Assembly: GCF_964355755.1 (NCBI RefSeq)
Contig: NC_092678.1
Coordinates: 17,031,881 to 17,095,880, forward strand
DNA length: 64,000 nt
Direction of reading: 5' to 3'
From: Antedon mediterranea
Lineage: Eukaryota > Animalia > Echinodermata
The stretch's first letter is position 1. Every line of letters starts with the position of its first letter. Below, piece by piece: positions 13,179 to 26,264 of the stretch. The notes beneath the pieces were generated by a model. The model did not search any database. It was not told the origin of the DNA and worked only from the letters and a program-made list of their open reading frames with translations. A program made the translations under genes and the position numbers.

Positions 13179-13999
13179 AGCCCCTTTCTCACAGATGTGC
13201 CTGCAATATACCGGTACAGTGCTGGCGTCGTGCCGGTATCGTTACCGGCATATAACCATTCTCATCGGACTATCGTGCCGGAAATATAACCGGTATATAC
13301 CGGCTTTCTGTGAGAAAGGAGTCGGGCATATTCGGCCAATAAAAAGTCTCTGACAAAATAATTATTGAGGGCGTCCTTTAATGTTATTATTTTTGTCTAG
13401 GCCTAGCGATGATATGGCGGCGAATGTCAAGTTACAGATTATTATCTTCCTTTATAGCATATTTATGCAATACATGCTATGTACAGTATATTGTGCATAT
13501 ATTATACAGGTATAGCAATTAATTTGTCGTCATCGGCAATCTGTAAAACACCTTAGAAGGCTGTAGGCCTACAATTTACAAGGCGACGAAAGGTCAGGCA
13601 CCAACAAACAGAGAGCTAAATGGCCTAGCCTAGCGGCCTATAGATTATGCTTCTCGTCCCCTTATTTTAAGCAGCTCTCTTATCTCATTATCCCTCCAGT
13701 TCGACATTATTATTGTTAATTGAATTGAATAGGCGCCAAAGTGATACACTTGACCGCGCAATGTGTCAAAGCCTCGACGGGGAACCCCGGAATATAACGG
13801 CGATACGTTCTCACAGAATGCCCGTCTGGCATTGCGGGGAATATCCCTAGAATATTACTAGGTCTAAAGCAGGTCATCTCGATGCCGGCATGGTGCCGGC
13901 ATGATGCCAAGACGACCCGTTCTCACAGAAAACCATACCGGCATGGTAATGGTATATTCCCGCAATATTCCTGGCACACAACTCTGTGAGAAAGGGGCT
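13179..13999. mobile_element. PIF/Harbinger-like MITE, 821 bp
   Basis: TIR AGCCCCTTTCTCACAGA / TCTGTGAGAAAGGGGCT. A 3 bp TSD TTG at 13176-13178 and 14000-14002. Subterminal TTCTCACAGA and CCGG repeats. Confidence 0.88.
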
Positions 14000-14023
14000 T
14001 TGGTTGATTGATAATTAGCAATA

Positions 14024-14330
14024 CTAGTGGTTTCGCTCGCACACCCTCTAGTAGTGGGTGTACCCGAATGGTCCTCGAAAACATGGCCAACGTTTCTGGC
14101 CTTCTCCAGTGTGTGACAGGGTGACATAGATTTGTACTCAAAAGTGTCACAATCCAAGAATGAATTAAAGTAAAGGCCTTCAATAATAGTTAAATTACTA
14201 AAACAAATTGTAGTTCCACTAAAGTAAATGCTTTTAATCAATATAATTAATCAGCTGAATATCTAAAACAAATTAATTGCTAGGCCTAGTTCACAATACG
14301 TTGCACCACTAAACAATTTGCATTAATTAT
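14024..14330 (-). mobile_element. Helitron 3'-end fragment
   Basis: A|CTAG terminus followed by TTCGCTCGC...CTAG...GTACC...ATGGT.CTCGAA, similar to the 3' end of the Helitron at 38705. Far boundary uncertain. Confidence 0.5.
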
Positions 14331-14337
14331 TGAATGT

Positions 14338-14445
14338 CGCCACCAACGGCCATTTTGCCTGAAGTGACGGACCCGGAAGCCAGTTGAACAACAGCGCGAG
14401 TGTGTGAAAATAATCCTGTGATCCACAAATTTCGATAGGTAACGC
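14338..14445. promoter_or_regulatory. CpG-enriched promoter-like patch
   Basis: YY1-like GCCATTTT, ETS-like CCGGAAG and a downstream AG|GTAACG donor-like site in otherwise AT-rich DNA. It may belong to a transposon. Confidence 0.3.
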
Positions 14446-14963
14446 TAAATGTTGTCGTAAAAAAAAAATGGAACAATAGCGTAGTACTGAAAACTAATGT
14501 TATCAAATCTACGTTTCGCGGTACATCTAAGATAGATAAGATAGGTATCCAAGGCGGAGATTTATATCGAAGTTTTTCCATTGTGCTCGCTTATGTCGGA
14601 ATTAAAGCCCCATTCCTTACGTTTTTTAGATCTAATTTATGATCACAAACTATATTTAATGTAAAAATAATACTATATGGTCCTATTGCGATAACTTTTT
14701 TCGTCTTTAAACGGTTAAAAATGTGAAAAATAAATCGATTCTAATAATTATAGCGGCCCGCTATAAATCCCAAAATGCATTGCGCGCGGATTGATATTTT
14801 TGTTTTTCACCTGTAATTCGCCCACTTTTCGATCGATCGTGAAGCCAAAACAAATGGAAGACTCCTAACTTTTCAGCGAAAATACCGGGTTTTCCCCAAT
14901 TTGTATCAACGGAGTCTGGCAAAAATAGAAAGACAATTAATGCTGCAACTATACAACGTCAGA

Positions 14964-15719
14964 CAGATAATAATAAATGGTTTTAGAGCACGGGCTTTTC
15001 ATGACGGTCAGGAAGTGAAATGCAACAAATGTACAAAGACTGGGCATTTAGCTTTTCAATGCAAAGCTGATATAATCTGTTTCAAGTGTCATTTACCAGG
15101 GCATACTAGGGACAGATGTAATGTTGAAGCGCATAATGTATCATCATCTGGTTCACCTGGTGCATACATTAATAAAGTTTGGGAATCGGTTTTTAACTTT
15201 GAAAACCCAAAAAATAGTAATGCTAACGATAACCACTACGGGAAAAGAGCTACGGTACAATCTGATACAGAAACACATGATGAAGTGTTTAGTATTGATG
15301 GAAGTAGTGAATCATCAGATGATGAAAATACGCAGAAAGAAACAAGTGTGATCACTATAGAACAACACACAAACCAAAATGAGCAGGAAGATGATGACAG
15401 AGAGGAGCAGAGAGAAGAGCAGGAAGTGGACGAAAGAGAGGAGGAGGAAGTTGAAGAAGGAGAGGAACAAGAAGTACCAGGAAGAAAGTACCAGAAAGCT
15501 GAAGAAAGAGAGGAGCAGGAAGTTGGGGAAAGAGAGGAGCATGAACAGAAGAAGGTAACTGACTACTTTGAAAAAAGTATGCAAAAAAGTAAAAGTGTTA
15601 GCACAAACAAGAAAGCAGCGAGAGATCTGAAGGAACAGTCCGGAAATGAAGGCAGGACAGAAGAAAAAACAAAGAGTATTGAAAAAAGAAGTTTAAGAAA
15701 GAGAAACAAAAACAAGTAA
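14964..15719 (+). CDS. Tx1 ORF1 C-terminal part (gag-like, two CCHC zinc knuckles, acidic/basic tail)
   Basis: CNKCTKTGHLAFQC and CFKCHLPGHTRDRC, followed by E-rich repeats. The first ~21 codons of the ORF-track call lie in the flank outside the element. Confidence 0.88.
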   Translation, partial: QIIINGFRARAFHDGQEVKCNKCTKTGHLAFQCKADIICFKCHLPGHTRDRCNVEAHNVSSSGSPGAYINKVWESVFNFENPKNSNANDNHYGKRATVQSDTETHDEVFSIDGSSESSDDENTQKETSVITIEQHTNQNEQEDDDREEQREEQEVDEREEEEVEEGEEQEVPGRKYQKAEEREEQEVGEREEHEQKKVTDYFEKSMQKSKSVSTNKKAARDLKEQSGNEGRTEEKTKSIEKRSLRKRNKNK

Positions 15720-15784
15720 TTTAATCTTAATAATATGTATTCTAAATATTGTAATTTCCCTAGGAAGCTCTTTACTCTAATCTT

Positions 15785-18481
15785 ATGAATTTACATTGTA
15801 TAACACTAAACGTTAGAGGAGCTAGAAATATAAATAAGCAACATAAGCTATTCCAATGGGTAAAAGATCAAAAAGCGGATATATGTCTGCTTCAGGAAAC
15901 CCATCTAACAAATGAGATTATTAATAAATCAAACTTTGTTTGGGAAGGTGAAGCGATCCATAGTATAGGTAATTCACATAGTAGAGGAGTGTCGATACTA
16001 TTACGAAAAGGTCTTGAATGCAAAATTGTTAAAAAGTTAACTGATATTGATGGAAGATATATATTTCTTAATTTAATGATAAATGAAAAGGAATTGGACA
16101 TTATAAATATTTATGCTCCTAATGAAAGCAAAAATAGAAGTGCATTCTTTAGGACCATACACAAATGTTACAATAACTTTGATGGAGGGAAGGGTAATTC
16201 TATCATTCTAGGTGGAGATCTGAATTGCATCATGAATAGTGACATTGACCAAAAAGGTAGCGCAAATAGGTCTGATAAATCTGTTTTTACGATTAAAAAC
16301 CTAATGAAAAATTTAAATTTAAATGATATTTGGAGATCCAAAAACATGAATAAGCGACAATTTACGTGGCGTAAGAGATTTAACAACATTTTCCGTAGGC
16401 TGGATTACTGGTTAATATCAGAAGATCTCTTTTCAAATGGAGATGTTTTAGCCTGTGACATTCGTCCAGCCATTCTCACAGATCACCAGGCGGTATCAAT
16501 TAAAATAGATTTGCATGAAAAAATACGCGGTCCTGGTTTATGGATGTTCAACAATAGCTTTCTGAAAGATGAAACATTTACAAAATTAGTAATTAAAATA
16601 ATTGATGTTTCAATACTAAAAAATAATAGAGAACCTGTAAGTGCAAGTTTGTTATGGGAGCTTGTAAAAACAAAAATAAAAGAATTTTCAATTGCATACG
16701 GAAAACAAAAAAATAAAAACCAGAATAAAAAGAAAGAAAAATTACAAAAACAAATAAAAAACTTAAATGAAACAATTATGAATACTCAAAATTGTGATAT
16801 AACCATTGAAAATAAAATTGAAAACAAAAAAATAGAGCTTGAAAACATTTATAATGTAGAAGCAAAAGGCGCGCAAATTAGGTCCAGAGTAAAATGGATA
16901 GAGGAAGGCGAGCGGAATACAAAATACTTTCTTGGGTTAGAAAGATCCAAAAGTAAAAAGAAACACATAAAAGGTTTAATTACTAAAGATGGGAGCTTAG
17001 CAACGAGCCCAATTGATATTTTAAAGGAACAAATACAACATTTCGAAGGTTTATACGCAAAAAATGTTATAAACCCTGGAAAAATTAATAAATACCTTTG
17101 TAATTCTATTATAAACAAGCTTTCAGAAATAGAAAAAGAAAATTGTGAAGGTTACGTCACTATTGATGAATGTAAAAATGCCATTTCAATGATGGAAAAA
17201 AATAAAACACCTGGATCGGATGGTCTAAGTGTTGAATGTTATGTGTTCTTTTGGAATAATATTAAACATTTAATTTGCGATGCGTTAAATGAAAGTTATA
17301 ATTCTCAAGAATTATCCTTTTCGCAAAAACGAGGTGTAATCACCCTTTTGTTCAAGGATGGAGAAAGAGAAAATTTGAATAATTGGCGTCCCATTACCCT
17401 CTTAAACACCGATTACAAAATTCTTGCACATGTATTAAGTAACAGACTTAAAATGGTTATTAAATCAATAGTAAGTTCAGACCAAAAAGGTTATATAAAA
17501 GGCCGTTTCGCTGGTGAAAACATTCGGTTAATAGAAGACCTGCTTTATTATACAGAGTGTAATGATATCGAAGGGGCAATAATTACCGTAGATTTTAAGA
17601 AGGCTTTTGACTCTATTAGTAGAGATTTTATGTTCAATGTTCTAGAAAAGTTTAACTTTGGAATGTTCTTTTGTAACTGGGTAAAAGTATTATACAATAA
17701 CGTTGAATGTGTCACAGTTAACAATGGTTGGGTTTCAAACAATTTTAAAATGGAAAGAGGTATTAGACAAGGTTATCCTCTATCTGCTCTGTTATTCATT
17801 TTAGTGGTTGAAGTAATGGCATCTAGAATAAGAAACAAAGATGACTATAAGGGTATTAAACTTCCAAATAATGAAAATAACATAGAAGCTAGAATAAGCC
17901 AATTAGCCGATGATACTGTTTTGTATGTTGGTAATGACAAAAGTATTAAGTCAGCAGTCAGTGTAATTGAACGTTTTTGTGAAGTATCTGGAATGACACT
18001 AAATAAAAAAAAAAACCAATGCTTTTTGGATTGGTAAATGGAAGAACAGAATAGATAGACCTTTAGAATTAAATTGGGTAAAACACCCGATCAAAATGTT
18101 AGGCATATATGTAGGATATAATACAGAAGAATGTACCAGAAAAAACTGGGATGTTAAATTAATAGAGCTAGAAAAGACTTTAAAACAATGGAATGCTAGA
18201 AATCTCTCAATTTTTGGTAGAATAATAATCCTGAAAATTCTTGCACTATCTAAATTAACATATGCTGCAAATATCACTGATGTTCCAAAATATGTATATA
18301 CACAAGTTACAAATCTAATATATAATTATATTTGGAACAATAAAAGGGAAAAGATAAAAAGAAAAACTCTAATTGGTGATGTTGAGATGGGAGGCATTAA
18401 AATGCCTGATTTTACTCTTCATGTTAACGCACTCATGTGTGGCTGGTTAAAAAGAATTATGAATGATGATGGTGCTCACAT
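15785..18481 (+). pseudogene. Tx1 ORF2 5' part: APE endonuclease plus reverse transcriptase; frameshift in an A run at ~18005-18015
   Basis: TLNVRG, LQETH, NIYAPN, GGDLN, RLDYWL, TDH (endonuclease). KTPGSDG, WRPITLLNTDYKI, DFKKAFD, GIRQGYPLS, QLADDT (RT). Continues in another frame as FWIGKW...MLGIYVG...MNDDGAH. Confidence 0.95.
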
Positions 18482-20374
18482 TCATTTAGACTAGACAAAA
18501 AGTAGTGAGCCCTCTAGCGGTCATTTGTGATTTCTGAGATTCATCGAAGCGCGACAACATCACCCGGAAATGATGTGAATTTAAAATTTTAATAGGGTTA
18601 AACTCTTTTAACCAATTGAAAGCCTTAAATTATAGTTCCTTATGAATAATTCATGAGAATAATTAAAGCAAGGGTTGAAGAAGCACGTGACTTGGTTTTT
18701 GGAACAGGATAGCAGTTATGATCGTGTCAGGTAATCATTGAATTTGCCCTTCTTTTTGTTAGATTTTATACGGTTTTTATCAATAATAATATTGTACATT
18801 TTTTCGAGACCATAAAAAAATTCCTCAATTTTTGAGTAAACGAGTGACTAAATAAAAAGTTACTATGTAATGTAAATATTCGTTTGACAAAAAATGGGCA
18901 TGTTGATATTTTCAGGTATTTTTTAAATGGCGATTGAAATAGGTAAACAAATCACATGTATAACGGTGGTTTGTGCGAAGCTGGGCCTAGCCTTGATGGT
19001 CCAACGCGTACTGCGTGTTAATCAATGCGTATAAGATACACACGTAGTCGTTTAGGCCAATTTTTTTACATGTTTATTTATTAATATTAGGCCCCATTCT
19101 CATTTATTTTAATTAATGTACTGAATGTACCCCACTTTACAACTCTATATAAATTAGATTTTGTACTTGTATTAAATTCAAACGTTTTATGGGATTTAAA
19201 ACATTAAGCTAGGCCTTGTAGTAGGCCTAGGACCACATGCTAGGTTTTTCAGCCTAATTTATCATGCAGTATACCTCTAGCCCATCTTTCAAATACATAT
19301 TTAAATTAACATACTTTTTATATTTCTATATTTTTTATAGGATCTGACTCCAGAAAACATTTGCATCACTTGAAAGCGGCTATTTATGGACAGCATGTTG
19401 ACATTCAAAAAAATTTGACCAGCTCTTATTAATTAAATGTCTTTTAAATTAAAGGTTTTCATTATAATGAAATGTACGGTGACAGAAATTTAAATGATTC
19501 TCATAATTGAGGTTTCTCATAGATTTAATATTGAAGGTAAATAAATAAAGCTGTTTGTTATTCTTGCCTTTAGAAATAAACTTGTTGTTAGTACTATATT
19601 ATTAGGCCTAGGCCAAATTATACAAATTAAAACTAAAAAATACAGTAATCATATTTAAGGCCTACACAGCAGTACCTTGCTTGATTTGATTTTTTTCAAA
19701 TATTTAATTGATGAAATAAATGAGTTTGACTTTTCAATTAGTTGCCATTTTATTAGTTTCTGTGTGTTTTTATTTATATTCTTAAAATAATTGTATTGTA
19801 TACAACAACTTTAAAGTATTGCGCAGAAGTGATCAAATTATAGTAGGCCTATTTTTATGTTATTTTCGCTTAAAATTATGCAGTTAAAGTATTGATTTTA
19901 GGGTGACAGAAACGGTTAGGCAAGAAAAGAAATAAATTTGGGAATTTTGTTATGCGGTAAAAACAATTAAACATAATTTACCCCTAATGCATGTAAATGT
20001 AGAAAACATTGCTTATGTTAGCGCGACCGAAACTCGCTACTGGGAATAGAGCCTGCAAAAGCGACGCGTACACACCTACTCGGGCACCGGCGGAGCGCGA
20101 TCGATAGTAAATATACCCGATTTCAAATGATCATAAAATTCTTTTAAAAAATATCAACATTTTGATTTTTTGAGGATTACAAGTAAAGATATTGAAATTT
20201 AACATAATATTTACAAATATGTATTTAAAAATTCGGAAACAATTTTAGCGTGATATTAAAACAAACTTTTTAGAGTTCCGCGATTTTCTACGCAGGATTT
20301 GTTTGTTTTCATTGTTAATGGGCGAATGTTACCTAAACTAGAATCGTTATAAATCTTTTAAATTTGTATTATAA
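18482..20374. other. Unclassified ~1.9 kb non-coding insert interrupting Tx1 ORF2
   Basis: ORF2 stops after DDGAH and resumes at VINVLLNMSCY (~20375). The intervening DNA has no long ORF and no TIR or TSD that I could find. Confidence 0.75.
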
Positions 20375-21403
20375 GTAATTAATGTTTTACTTAATATGTC
20401 ATGTTATAACATTATTGATGTTAATTCTGATAAAATTCCACTGTTTTACAAAAATATGATAAAAGCCTACATAAATTATAACAGAATCTCTAAAAAAAAA
20501 CCTGAAACTTATAATGATATAATGAATGAGCAACTGTGGGGAAACCACTACGTTAAACTAAAAAAAAAATCGCTTTTCTACAAGCATTGGATTGACAGTG
20601 GCATTATCAGTATTAAAGACATTGTTAATAAGAACACTTTTTTAACATCAAACGAAATACTGGTGAAACTACAATGTAAAACAAACTGGTTAAATGAGTA
20701 TTTGTGCATTATTAAGGCAATACCAATTCAATGGAAACGTATTATTAAGGAGGTAGATATTTTCAATTGTGATGATAATGATGAGTTAGTTGGGACCAAG
20801 TATGAGATTAATACTACCAAACTAATATACTCATGGTTTGTGAAAGAATATTTCATTATTCCAATGTCACAACTAAAATGGGAAGAGTACTTCAATGATA
20901 ACAACATTGATTGGAAAACTTCTTGGTTACGGAAAGTATGTAAAATGAAAGATAAGAAACTAGCACAATTCAATTATAAGATGTTACATAGAATACTGCC
21001 TACCAACAAACGGCTGTATCAGTGGAAAGTTAAGGAAACACAAACGTGTGACAAATGTGGAGAAATTGAAAATGAAAATCATTTGTTTTTTAGTTGTAGA
21101 TTTATTCAGAAATATTGGAGGAAAATGCTTAGTATCTTTGTAAGTTTAAATCACAATAATATATCATTTAAACAATTAATACTAGGAACGGGAGATAAGC
21201 TAATAGATTATATTTACACTTTTGCAGCATTTACTATTTATAGAATAAAAATGTTATCTGCACTAAATAAGCCAGTGGGTAAATCTTTATGGAATTCATT
21301 TAAAAGCAATATGTTATATAACATTGAATGTGAAACATATAACAATAAAGAAACAAGTATAAAAAAATGGGTAGCTTTAAGAAATAAGATTATGATAATA
21401 TAA
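20375..21403 (+). pseudogene. Tx1 ORF2 3' part with zf-RVT-like CCHC domain
   Basis: IPLFYKNMIKAY, EQLWGN, FNYKMLHRILPTN..L..WKV, CDKCGEIENENHLFFSC. Confidence 0.9.
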
Positions 21404-22279
21404 TTTCTAATTTGATACGATTAACCGAAAAAGAATTACAGTGATACGGGTTACTGGTGGTACTGAGTTATTATTGTTTTTTTTTATCATGTATATAAAT
21501 ATATTGTATAATCCGTGTTGTAAAATGAAAACAAACAAATGAAAATGTGTGAACTATTTTAAAACGGGATAGATGACAATGATGATCCTGTCAAGTGTAT
21601 AACAAAATATACGAAAATTAATGAAAAAAGGAGTAATACAGAATTCATATATGTAAAAATGTTACTTATGAACTGTAACGACATTTACAAGTTAAATAAT
21701 ACGATTTTATGTAATATGAGATAATATGAATGTGAATAAAAGTGGTGTTTGCGCCACAAAAGAGAAAAAAAAACTATACAACGTCAGGCTAGGTATATAG
21801 CTAGCGTACGATGTTCGTACGTTATCGATGTTTACCAGCTAGGCCTACAAAACTAAGCCTAGCTAGGCTAGGCCTAAGACCCTCAACGAGAGGTCGTTCG
21901 CCGCGAGCTACTTAGGTAGTGCATTGTTTCTCACTTTTTATCATAATTTACCATAAAACGTACATTTAAGACAAGGAATGACATGGTTTAATGTTTTTAA
22001 AGTGATATATATATGTATTATTTTCCAAAAAACGTCCAAAATTGCAGGGAAAGGGTCTTTAACCATAACTTATATATAAATTATCCAAATAATAATGGTA
22101 TGTCATGGACATAGTATTTTTGCCATCGTTCACTGTGTAATCGTCCGTCTGTATTTATAAGCATATAACAAATCATTACATTAATTTACAGTTAATAATC
22201 AATAATAACAAAGTAAACATACATTTTTTAAGCAATGAATATCCCTTGAATGATGTTTCAAAGATAGGTTGGTTGACGT

Positions 22280-23250
22280 TAGCCATACAACTCATTGAGT
22301 ATGGTATGTTGGCATGTACAGCATTGTTCATGATCATCGTTCCATTTTTTAAATGTTTTACTTTTAGTGTTTGTCTTAGAAGTCTTACGGGATACGTCAT
22401 CACTTATATAAATACTGTTATTGTTTAGTGGATTGCCCTTCAATGTTTTCGCTGCTTGGCTTAGAACAAATTTGCCTGCCCACGTAGCTCAACAGTTAAT
22501 TGGTCTTTGTCTCCTCGATGACGAGCGCCTTATTGGGATTCTGTGGACTCGTTCCACTTCTATGTCGTCCCCATTCTCTAATTTCATGTGCGAAGTGAAT
22601 ACAACTTCTACAAATTCCTTGCACGATAAATTGCCTCCCTTCTCGTAATCTTCTGGTACGTTATGAATGATTATATTATTCCTCCTCGATCTATTTTCGA
22701 GATCGTCTACTTTCTTTTCTAGATAGGTAATAGTATCTAAAGTTTCATTAACTGACTTACATTTGTTTGTATTGTCCTCCACTGATTTGTCCTTGAATTC
22801 TAGCGATTGCGTTATCTTTGTGATGACTCCGTTTTTTTTTTTTTTACGTTTTCCTCAATTTTGGTCATCTTACCCTTCTAGCTTATTGACTCGTTTAACC
22901 ATCGACTCCAGTTTGTTGAGTATTAGGTCAAGTTTTGAAGAGAGTTATCGCATTTGACGGCTGATGTTCTGGTTCAGTTGAGTCGCACCCATATTTTATT
23001 CCGCTCCGAATCTGACCCTTGGCTGTCTTGGCCAGTGGTGGACATCAGATGATAGGTTATTTTGTCCTTTTTAGCTTTCGATTTTTCCATATTCAATAGA
23101 GAGTTTTACTTTCAGTGTACAAATTATGTAAATACGGCACTGATTTAGTTGTTTTTGAAAAGAGCGCTACAAAAATGTGATGATTTGTGTATAAATTTCA
23201 GGAGCTACAAGTATACACGTCTTTACTGCATCGAGCTTAGCGCCCTCTCA
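22280..23250 (-). mobile_element. 5' portion (5'UTR plus degraded ORF1) of a CR1/L2-group LINE with L1-type RRM ORF1
   Basis: ATG at 23090. LEKKVDDLENRSRRNNIIIHNVPE...IEVERVHRI...RPI...KTLKGNPLNNNSIYISDDVSRKT with stops and frameshifts. Confidence 0.78.
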
Positions 23251-23472
23251 ACCACTATTAAAAAAAACTATTTTTTAATAATGTACAAAAAATGAAATGA
23301 ATACCATCCCATTAATTACCGGTATGTACAGAGAAAGCTTGAGCGGAAATCGAGGGTTACTTTTGCCAACAAGATGAAGCGCGAAACAAATAAAAACGCA
23401 GCGTGAAACATCTGAAATGATATACAATTTGCTACAAAATAAAAAGACAGAATATATTATATATAACTATAA

Positions 23473-25453
23473 CTAGCAGTAACCCGTGCGACGCATGGTC
23501 TTTAAACAGCTTTGCATGGGCAAGTATAAAAACAGCGCACTTTGATAAAGGTACTTTGACAAATTATTAAAATAAAAACAAAATGTATCAAGAATAAAAT
23601 TCGGAACTACTGTATTTAAGGCCATTGGTTTGTAATACGCTATTCCTTCACTTCAATATAATGTAGGCTAAAAATTAAAGCAATGGTACAGTGGATATGG
23701 AACTTTTACTTTACTTTTGACTGGGAAATAAAAGACGCTTACGAAAAATTGTGCTGTATAAATTATTTTGGGTTTTTTTCGTGGTGTAATAATTATTTGA
23801 TACGTAGAGATAAAAAAAAGTGGATAAAAATCGAATGAAAAAAAAACACATTGCTGCGGAAACACGAATTAAGTTTATTTATTTATATTTTATTTTTATT
23901 TCACTGGTTTTGATATTTTGCAATTTTTTTGTAAGGGAGATTTGTTACGTACTTGCTACTTTTGTAATTAAAGTGTGGTCTACCAGAAACCAGTGCTCCG
24001 CACGGTTTGCCTACCTTAATAATTATTCGCATGGCATGATTATTAAGTATAATAAAAGCGTACTTTTCCCGGCCACAATATTTCTTTTTGTACATAAGTT
24101 GGGGGACCCCTCAAAAAATAAATATGGATATTCATTAATAATGTCCATAAGCTACGTCAGAAATGAGCTAACAATTCGCTAATACAAAGGTTTTCTGTCG
24201 AGCCGTCTGTATAGTCGAGTGGATTAGGCTATGGACTTTACATGTCGATGTAGGCCTATGGGGTTCTTTTTACTTTATAGTGAGAGAGTGATTATTTAGA
24301 GGGTTAGGTTTAGTTATATTTAGGAACTTAAGTAGTTCGGCTATCTTTCACATAAGGGGCCCCAACTTTTGTACGAAATAAAAATTTGCTTCCTGGCCCC
24401 TGACAAATTGTTTTTTTTTTTAAACGAACAAATTGTCAACAATACAATTCGGAACTACTTAAGATTTTTTTATTCACGGAGTATTATTATTATTACTTTG
24501 AAATATCTGTAAGCTACAAAATGAAAGCAATACTGGATTTAGGGTGCGCCTCAGAAAATGACAACGTGCATGAGCGGGACAGACTTCTGTTAATCAGTCG
24601 GCAGAGATTAAAACTTTTTAATGATAAAATATGAATTGGTAAGTTATCGAATTAAGATGTGAAGTATTGGAATAATAACAGTGATTACGGACTCAACACA
24701 AAAAGTAGTCGAAATTAGATGATGCGCTCGGATATTTAGCGGATTGGATTCCTTTTATTTGTGTGTGTGTGTTTTTATTTACATTTTTGAAACAATGACC
24801 AACGCTATTTATTTGTTTTCTGGAAACACGGCACCTAGGCTATTTGGATTCGTTTTATTTGTGTGGTTTTTTTTTTGTTCATTTACATTTTTTTCCATGT
24901 GTTTTTTTTTTCTATTTTGTTGTGTGCATTTGTTCGTATCTTTTTTGCTAGTTTTATAATTACATTGTGGTTTAGTTTTGATTTTTAGCTTTAAACGGTG
25001 ATACTTTATTAGTACACATGTCGCGGATTGAACTCGAACCTACTAAGCATTGATATCAATGGTCACGGCGATTTCCTCACTGAGCCAAACCGTGATTTAC
25101 AAAATACATTCTGCTCCAAGGATAATTCATTAAAATTTCAACGGCGCGATCATTCGATATCGGTTGACGAAAGACTGTTTATTTAACGGCCCGGAATGGT
25201 ATTTGTAGATCCGGCCATGGCGGTACACAACATAGGAGGTTGCGTAGTTTATACAGTGACGTAACATGGTTGCTGAGACGTCAAATTACTGTTATTTTTT
25301 GCCTTTTTTTAGTGTTTATCCATAAAATTCAGGAAAGTGACATAGCCTGTCGTGTGTGGCCCCTCAATAAACATCAGTGTGCCAAATGTGATCACGTACC
25401 CTTCAGTGGTTTTTTGAGGAGATTAAAAAAAAATTATTAGCATTATTAATAGA
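23473..25453 (-). mobile_element. Non-autonomous Helitron (~2.0 kb)
   Basis: Minus strand begins A|TCTATTAAT at 25453 and ends with hairpin CCATGCGTCGCACGG then CTAG|T at 23473. No TSD. Carries a tRNA-like A/B-box segment at ~25025-25090. Confidence 0.78.
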
Positions 25454-26264
25454 TAAGATAGAGATATTTCCAAAGGCTCGGACATGTAAGAAGGGCCTTA
25501 AAAACTGAATTGCTATATGTTAGACCACATTTCCATAACTTTTCAAAACTCATCGAACCCTGCTAGTAGGCCTAATTAATAGGAACGTATCGCCTAATCA
25601 TTATAAAAAAAACATAGCAAGATGTAATTAATCAAACAACGGCCAAAGAATACCAATGATTTTAATTTAGTTAATTTAATTACTACGGTGGTGGACTATG
25701 CTTAGTTTGAAACTATAGTGACCATTTATTTTAGAAAGAAAGTTAGAAAAAGTTGTTTTCATCTCCATGTTAATACCAAGGCACAAAGTGTCAATCATTT
25801 GACCAGTGAACAGCCCCACTGGTAGGATAGTCTTTGAATCCATCCGTAAAACACATTAATCACGCACATCAGTCATTCCGCTAATGGTTGCGTCTAATGA
25901 TGCATTCTATTCTATTCAGTTACAATTAGAAAGTTGATCCCTTGACCTATATTATTCAATATCTCTGCCATATTCTGTAACCGGCTGTCTGTACCGTCGT
26001 ACATCTCACCGCACGCAGTTTAGTATGTCTTCCCGAAAAGGGCATCAATATTATGTGTAGGCCTATTGGTCATTTGCCAATAATTAAATACGAAATATTA
26101 TAATATAATATAATATAATATTATTTACATCTGACCACAGAGCCTCGATAGCCAAACCAAACAATATTATAGGACTAAAAGTACAACAAAAAAACTTTAA
26201 CGATTATATTTTCACAGCAATGATTTATTTAAATCAAATATTAATAAATGTTCACACAAAGTAA

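Larger units (their letters stand above)
14963..21771 (+). mobile_element. Tx1-clade (L1 superfamily) non-LTR retrotransposon, 5'-truncated within ORF1
   Basis: 16 bp TSD AACTATACAACGTCAG at 14947-14962 and 21772-21787. AATAAA and an A-rich tail at 21735-21771. ORF1 and ORF2 as listed below. Confidence 0.95.
14606..22058. mobile_element. Kolobok-like non-autonomous DNA transposon (~630 bp) split by a Tx1 LINE insertion
   Basis: TTAA at 14602-14605 and 22059-22062. Imperfect TIR AGCCCCATTCC versus reverse complement AGACCCTTTCC. Purine-purine termini plus a TTAA TSD are typical of Kolobok. Confidence 0.65.

Noticed and set aside
14901-14962. N-terminus of the 272 aa ORF as the true ORF1 start
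   Set aside because: It lies outside the element (upstream flank plus TSD) and starts at TTG. It is a chance in-frame extension of a 5'-truncated ORF1.
18001-18037. Programmed ribosomal frameshift in Tx1 ORF2
   Set aside because: It falls in a plain A homopolymer. A slippage mutation or sequencing error is the simpler explanation.
15892-20973. Antisense ORFs over the Tx1 element
   Set aside because: Shadow ORFs of the plus-strand coding sequence.
25025-25090. Functional tRNA genes here and at 7630-7707 and 55278-55350
   Set aside because: A and B boxes are present but the stems are broken and the segments are embedded in repeats. They are SINE-type relics.
25790-26030. CFTDGFK resembling an RNase H motif on the minus strand
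   Set aside because: Isolated heptapeptide surrounded by stops, with no other supporting residues.
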